Below are positions 57,300 through 64,000 of a DNA stretch of 64,000 nucleotides, piece after piece (the first letter of the stretch is position 1; each line of letters begins with the position of its first letter). The notes under the pieces were generated by a model. It did not search any database. It had not been told where the DNA came from and saw only the letters and a list, made by a program, of their open reading frames with translations. Made by a program: the position numbers and the translations under genes. Source of the DNA: Eledone cirrhosa (taxonomy: Eukaryota); NCBI GenBank assembly GCA_964016885.1, contig OZ024741.1, forward strand, positions 67,704,001-67,768,000. The letters are read 5' to 3'.

Positions 57300-57830
57300 A
57301 CATTGCGGTGAGATTTATATAAATTGTCTATATACAGAGAAATAGTTGCATTATCCACCAAAAACTGTGCTGAGATGCATACCGCCAACAATAAGAGCAA
57401 AAAAACAACCAGCACGCTTGGATTGAGTCCATTTAGTGTACATCTGCTGTAGCTACCAACAGGATGTATAATGGTAAACGAATAAATTGAACAGCGTAAA
57501 CCATAGCAATATGTCAACACAGTTAAACTGGAGATTGTAAATTTCACCACTACTTGTAGAAGATGCAATATGGTCTTCACATATGTGGACACTTGGTATG
57601 ACTGGGTAGATGTGTATGAGAGTCATGCTTCATCAAACAGTCGACTGCTTGTGCACTATAACACTGCTTGATCAAGGCTGATTTGGGTCTGCACAACAAC
57701 CAGATTCACATATAGCAACAGGAATAACTGAACCATGAGTAGAATATTTTTCTGACTGTGATCTATGAAGGTCATGGAAGAGGCTGCATCTCTTAATAGA
57801 AATTATACAACACATTTCCCAATCTACCAC
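57300..57830 (+). mobile_element. Possible very degenerate RTE LINE ORF 3' end
   Basis: Weak motifs NCAEM..(cf. YGAETW) and KMQYGLHICGHLV (cf. RQLRW.GHL.R). Confidence 0.3.
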
Positions 57831-58103
57831 ATCAGAGAGTAAAGCAAAGCTTAAGTGCGTTCACACATATACAGGACAGTCAAACACATTCACACGCGGA
57901 CGCATACATTCATAAACAAGGAGAGAGAGAGAGGGGGGGGGGAGAGATAAATAGAGAGATAAAAAGAAAGGGAGAGAAAGAGAAAGCGATACACGTGCGT
58001 AAACACATACGCAGATGTATGTGTGTGCGCACACACTCTCACATATAAAAAAGGGGACTTATATACATGTATGTATGTATGTGTCTGTGTCGATGTCCGT
58101 GTG

Positions 58104-58159
<56 letters not shown>

Positions 58160-58730
58160 TACGTCTGCTTAGGATAGTCCTCACCAGCATGCGTCCCTGT
58201 TATTTAAGCTGAACAACATGTAATATTCATGAACGTGCTGCGATCTCCTATGTATACAAATGTGCACATGACTGCACACAGCAAGAACAGCAACAGTTCC
58301 AACTGCAACAGCTGCAGTAGTAGCTTCTGGTGCTGCTGATACAACTGAGGGATGGCCTTGTTCTCATATTGACGGATGGCATGAAGATAGGGAAGAGCAT
58401 GTGTATATGTATGTATGTATATATGTATGTATATATGTATGTATATATGTATGGATATATGTATGTATATATGTATGTATATATGTATGTATATATGTAT
58501 ATATGTATGTATATATGTATGTATATATGTATGTATATATGTATGTATATATGTATGTATATATGTATGTATATATGTATGTATATATGTATGGATATAT
58601 GTATGTATATATGTATGTATATATGTATGTATATATGTATGTATATATGTATATATGTATGTATATATGTATGTATATATGTATGTATATATGTATGTAT
58701 ATATGTATGTATATATGTATGTATATATGT

Positions 58731-58967
58731 AGTCGCTGGCTGGACTAAAAAGTGACACTCGTTCAGCGCATCGGTAGGGGTTCTCCTACATGGATATACA
58801 GTAGTGGCCGTACTCGAAAACGAGTTGGCAGCCACCATATATGTATGTATATTTGCAAATATGTATGCATGTATGTATGTATGTAAGTTTGTGTATATGA
58901 ATGTATGTATGGATGAATGGATGGATAGATAGGGAAGGGCATGTGTGTATATATGTATATATGCAAC

Positions 58968-59001
<34 letters not shown>

Positions 59002-59856
59002 TGTATGTATGTATGTATGTATGTATGCATGTATGTATGTATGTATGTATGTATGCGTGTGTGTGTGAGTGTGTATGTGTGTGTGTGTGCATGTGTGTTT
59101 TAGTTGTGTCAGATAAACAAATAAATATCTTTGTCTTGTTTACTAACGAAAAGTTGCTGTATACATACATGATGGCCGCCCCCTCGTTATCGAGTATGGC
59201 CATTTCACGATATACCATTATTAATAATTATTAATTAATTCTATCATGCAATGCCTGTGCGTGAATATATTTTTTAAAGTGAGGAAAGACTGTGCACTGA
59301 GCCAATCCCACTCTCTGAGCGACAGTAGCTATAACCCGAAAAGAAAGAAAGATCAACATCATCGGTAACTACTGAGCCGCAGGTTTTATATCGGAGTTAT
59401 CCCAGTTTACTGAGCTGCCTTCTCCGAGAAGAATGCCCTGACAAAGGCTAGGGGTCCTTCACTCCCAGTGGTTTAACCGCGCGAGCGGGTGTCCAGCCCG
59501 ACTATTTCTATGTCCCCGCGCATATACATACACATACACCCATGCATATACATATACATACACATATACATGCATATAGATATACATATACATACATGCA
59601 TATACATATACCTACACATATACATATATATGTACATGTGTATATACATATTTACACACTTTTGGATGGCCGTTGACTCTTATGAGTTCTTCCGCCCTTT
59701 GTCAGGTTTTGTTCTTTGTCCTGCAGGGTGTCCAAAATCACTCTCCTCACCAAGTAAACTTGGTGGGGTTGCCGCTTTAGTTGCCGACGATCCGACCATG
59801 CGACAGGTTGTACTGGGTGACATGTTACCAGTAGCACTCAAGAGTGACCCGACATA
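58731..59856 (-). mobile_element. Second copy of the tail-to-tail RTE-derived pair (matches 45417-46243)
   Basis: Colinear reverse-complement match, with internal microsatellites at the same positions. Confidence 0.85.
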
Positions 59857-61260
59857 TACATACATACATACATACATACATACATGGATACATACATACA
59901 TGCAAACATACATACATAGATATATATATATACATACATGCATGAATACATACATACACATACATACAAACATGCATACATACATGCACATATACATACA
60001 CTCATAAACACATACATACACACACAAATACATACAGAGACACACACATCAATGCATATATACATACATACTTTCATACATACATACATTTATACATACA
60101 TACATACATGCATTTACGTGTGTGTGTGTTTGCGCACGCGTTCTCTCCTTTGTCATCGACTGTGACAACAACGTGTACCGTGTTCTTAGCCAATCAATCT
60201 CACGAGTTCCACCACCGCCACCACTACTACAACTAATATTACTACAACAACTATTAATGGTTCCTAATTGAGACTTAATGCCAGTAATTTGAGCGAGAGG
60301 GGAGACGTTGATTATCTCGACAGTAGTACTTGACGTATACTTTATTTTATTGACCCCCGAATGGCTGAATGGTAAAATTGACATCAGAGAGATTTGAAGC
60401 TAGAACGTAAATATCATGAGGTATTTTTTCTAGATGTAGAAGAGGCTGCTATTTGCACTGAATACAGTTACCACTGTTCAAAGTGTAGCACAAATATTGC
60501 AGGTACCGTAAATGTTAATTTTTAGTTGTTTTGGCGGGTGAGGAGTGCGGTTGATAATGTTGGCCGATGCAGAATAGGCAAAGCTTCGATCAAAATGTTT
60601 TGCACTATTTTATGTCCATGGTTGACATTCTCTATAACGGTGAATTTCCTGGAGAGCTATGATAAGGATACACTTGTCTGTGAAATGTTCAACTACTTGC
60701 ATGTTAATTTCATCAATATGTTGTTCCTTGATCGAATCAACTGGTACATTCGCCGTTGTAATAGACGGAGTGCCAGTTTTGTTATCCCTGCTTCTGGTAC
60801 ATAATTTAGATTGGAGTCATTACAATAGATACATTAGCCCACAGAGAAGAGTGTGCCTAACAAATTTTCTTCTTACACTAATTTAAGTAATGAATAGGTT
60901 ACACTGAAAATAATTATCCTGCCACTCATCTAGAGTTTGGTAAGCACGGTTAAGAATATATTTCTTTGAGTTTCCACTGAACTTGCCAACTGTACGCTCT
61001 CAATCTGATTTAGATCAGGAATATATTCTCTTGCCTGGTTTTATAAAATTTAATAACCAAATGTTATGGTTTTTGCTATTTTTACAGGAGTAACATTAAT
61101 TTAATAACCGTAGCTCACTAGAGTGAGTAACTTAAACTCGGCTTAACTACACTGTGTTAAACGAAGTTGATTCGGTATTTCAGATGAGAAACAATGCAGT
61201 CTGGACATGTGTACTTTATTGACAAATCCCTTGAAAGTAAAACTATGCAAAAACACATTC

Positions 61261-61356
<96 letters not shown>

Positions 61357-61704
61357 TACCACATACTCATACACACCCAAATACCTCACACTCATACACA
61401 CACACGTGGGCGCTTACATGTGTGTATCAATTCAATAGAAGGGCTTTCTATATTTGTGTCCAGATTTGTGTTTACTTTTACACTGTTTGATATCCAGTAT
61501 TGATATCCCGTATCTTAGCGGTTCGATAACTAGATATCAATACCATAATTATAAAACTGGGAGAACGTATTAGGCGGACACGCTCGCTAAAACCCTTCAA
61601 CGCATGACCGAAGTGAAATGGGTGAAATCAATAAAAGAAACACATTATACATATATATATCATCTACATATATTGATCTGTGTGTTTGTGTGTGTGGTGT
61701 GTGT

Positions 61705-61809
<105 letters not shown>

Positions 61810-62243
61810 CATATCGTTACGCAATTGTTTTGCAAGATTGTTGATGTGAAACTAGGTGGAAATATTCATGCAGTTTGGTAGAGTGATATTGCAAATTAAA
61901 ATCAAACTCACCTGTCGTATTCCTGGTCGGTTCGATTAATTATTCGATAATTACTTTATTAATGAATTCATTAATTCTTTCGAAGTTCTTTCGCCTCAGC
62001 CTGTGACCTTAACAATATCAGTGTGCCCCGTCAACCTCATTCTGATTAAAACTTATTTTATGCTCTGTGTTTCTATTGCAGAACCTCATGCTAGTGTTCA
62101 TTTTATATGTTCTGTTAAGTGTATTTATGATCACACCGTACAATATTAACAGGGAGACTAAATATATTGCATATCGGCTCATAAACGCCTTTATTCTGTA
62201 TGATGCTGTCTCATTGCCATTGATAATTTATGATTCAATACAT

Positions 62244-62291
<48 letters not shown>

Positions 62292-62292
62292 A

Positions 62293-62342
<50 letters not shown>

Positions 62343-62666
62343 CCTGCATGTAGACCTATGGACCTATGGACTAATTTGTAGAAAACTTATAACGAAACGA
62401 TCGTTTGGAAGGAGAGATGTATTTAATTATATCTCATATAAAATAATACAGCCGGCTATCTGTAAAATACAATATAGTTAGCAGCCCAAACATATAAATA
62501 GGGTTATACTCAGGTATATCCTAATGTTTGTTGAGTGAGACGGAAGTCGGTCGGAGTATTGCTTAAAGCTTTCTCTGTTAATGTATTAAATATATATATC
62601 CTAATGTTTGTTGAGTGAGATGGAATTGGTCGCAGTATCGTTTAAGGCTTTCTCTGTTTATGTATA

Positions 62667-62711
<45 letters not shown>

Positions 62712-63765
62712 AGGGGTGTATGTATTTGAGTGCGTGTGTGTGTGTGAATGTGTGTGTATATGTGTGTGCGGGTGTGGACGTACGCTTGTGGGTTTGTTTG
62801 CGTGACTGTGCCTATACAGCAGAAACACCTTTGACAAACCGTGCTTTGTCACCAATATTACTGTGTTGTGGAAGGGCTACGCTGCATATTAAAAACCTCT
62901 TGTCTATATAGTTATTTGTTAACCCACGAATTAATCGGTCTCTCAAACGTTTTTGTCATCGTATCGATGATCTGCCTATTTTCTATTGAAGATTTATGCT
63001 GATGAATTCAGACGAGTTAAGGACCATCTGGTAGTATGTATATATACATTTGACTTTTTATGTAGTTCTTTCTTTAAGAGTGCGATTCAACGCTGTTGCA
63101 AGAGTTTTCACAGACATTATCACAGGAGGGTTATCTGTTTGTCTTTTCTGTCTGATAAATAAAAATAACGTTACTAACTTTGCGTTCCATCCCTACTCAC
63201 TACTTAACACTGGGTGAAAACTAACTGTATGTATGAGAGGATTCTCTCAATTGAAATCAGGAATATTTGTTTGTAAACTTGATTGTTTTCTTTTGCTAGT
63301 TTAATGCCATCAAATATTTAGATATTGGCACATATAAGATTCGATCTGCGGATAATATTTGCTGACAATATTTTCTTACCAATTACCAATGCTTCTCAAA
63401 ACTCGGAGGCTTTGGAGTCAGTCAACAAAACACATTACGCTCCAATAATCAGGTTATCAGCTATGTCCATGAAAGTGAAATACCAACACGTCCGTAGTTT
63501 CCTCCATTCTAATGCTGCACACAATCTGAAGTGAAGACGAGCGGGAGAAGCTGTGATGTTCTGTTCACACGTGTGGCACATTCCCAGTTGCCTGGGAGAT
63601 GGAACCATGGTCTTAATATACTGGCTTATATTCTTGTAGGCGTGAGGATCCATTAGAAGGAGGTATTATATTTGAAGAAGAAGAAAATAAGGTCACACTG
63701 GCTAACAATCGAACGCCACAGTTTATGTATGTATGAATTCATATATGTATTTGTATATTTAGGTG

Positions 63766-63859
<94 letters not shown>

Positions 63860-64000
63860 TAAATATATATATATGTATATATGTATATATATATATGTAT
63901 GTATATGTACATATATATATATATACATATATTTCTATGTATGTATATGTATGTAAATTCGTACGTATGTATGCGTGTTTGTATGCCTGTGTGTGTGAAC

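Noticed and set aside
57540-57620. CRRC/CGH peptides as the missing RING exon
   Set aside because: The motifs are in different frames with stops and the wrong spacing; a decayed LINE fits better.
62995-63040. CTGATGA followed by a weak hairpin
   Set aside because: No GAAA/UH half was found.

Overview
Eukaryotic, AT-rich, extremely microsatellite-dense DNA. The SINE families and repeat landscape suggest an octopus/coleoid cephalopod (inference). Almost all ORF-track entries are translations of (TA)n, (CA)n, (GA)n and (GATA)n repeats. One convincing host exon (10904-11184, +) resembles the N-terminus of an invertebrate RING-finger protein; no further exon was recognised, so most of the window is probably intronic. 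The rest is mobile-element debris: R4/Dong-like LINE fragments, a 5'-truncated Naiad-like Penelope-like element (PLE), a pogo/Tc2-like transposon with nested insertions, a mariner remnant, two tRNA-derived SINE families, a 6-bp-TSD MITE and RTE-derived elements, plus a 200-N gap. The main hidden signal is a set of short modules from several unrelated families embedded in or next to (TA)n arrays. They carry type I hammerhead ribozyme (HHR) motifs with palindromic stem III, two of them with an unusually long stem II (~80 and ~115 nt), and show the PLE 'inverted partial pLTR plus tail' architecture. All protein and RNA family calls are by eye, without database searches.
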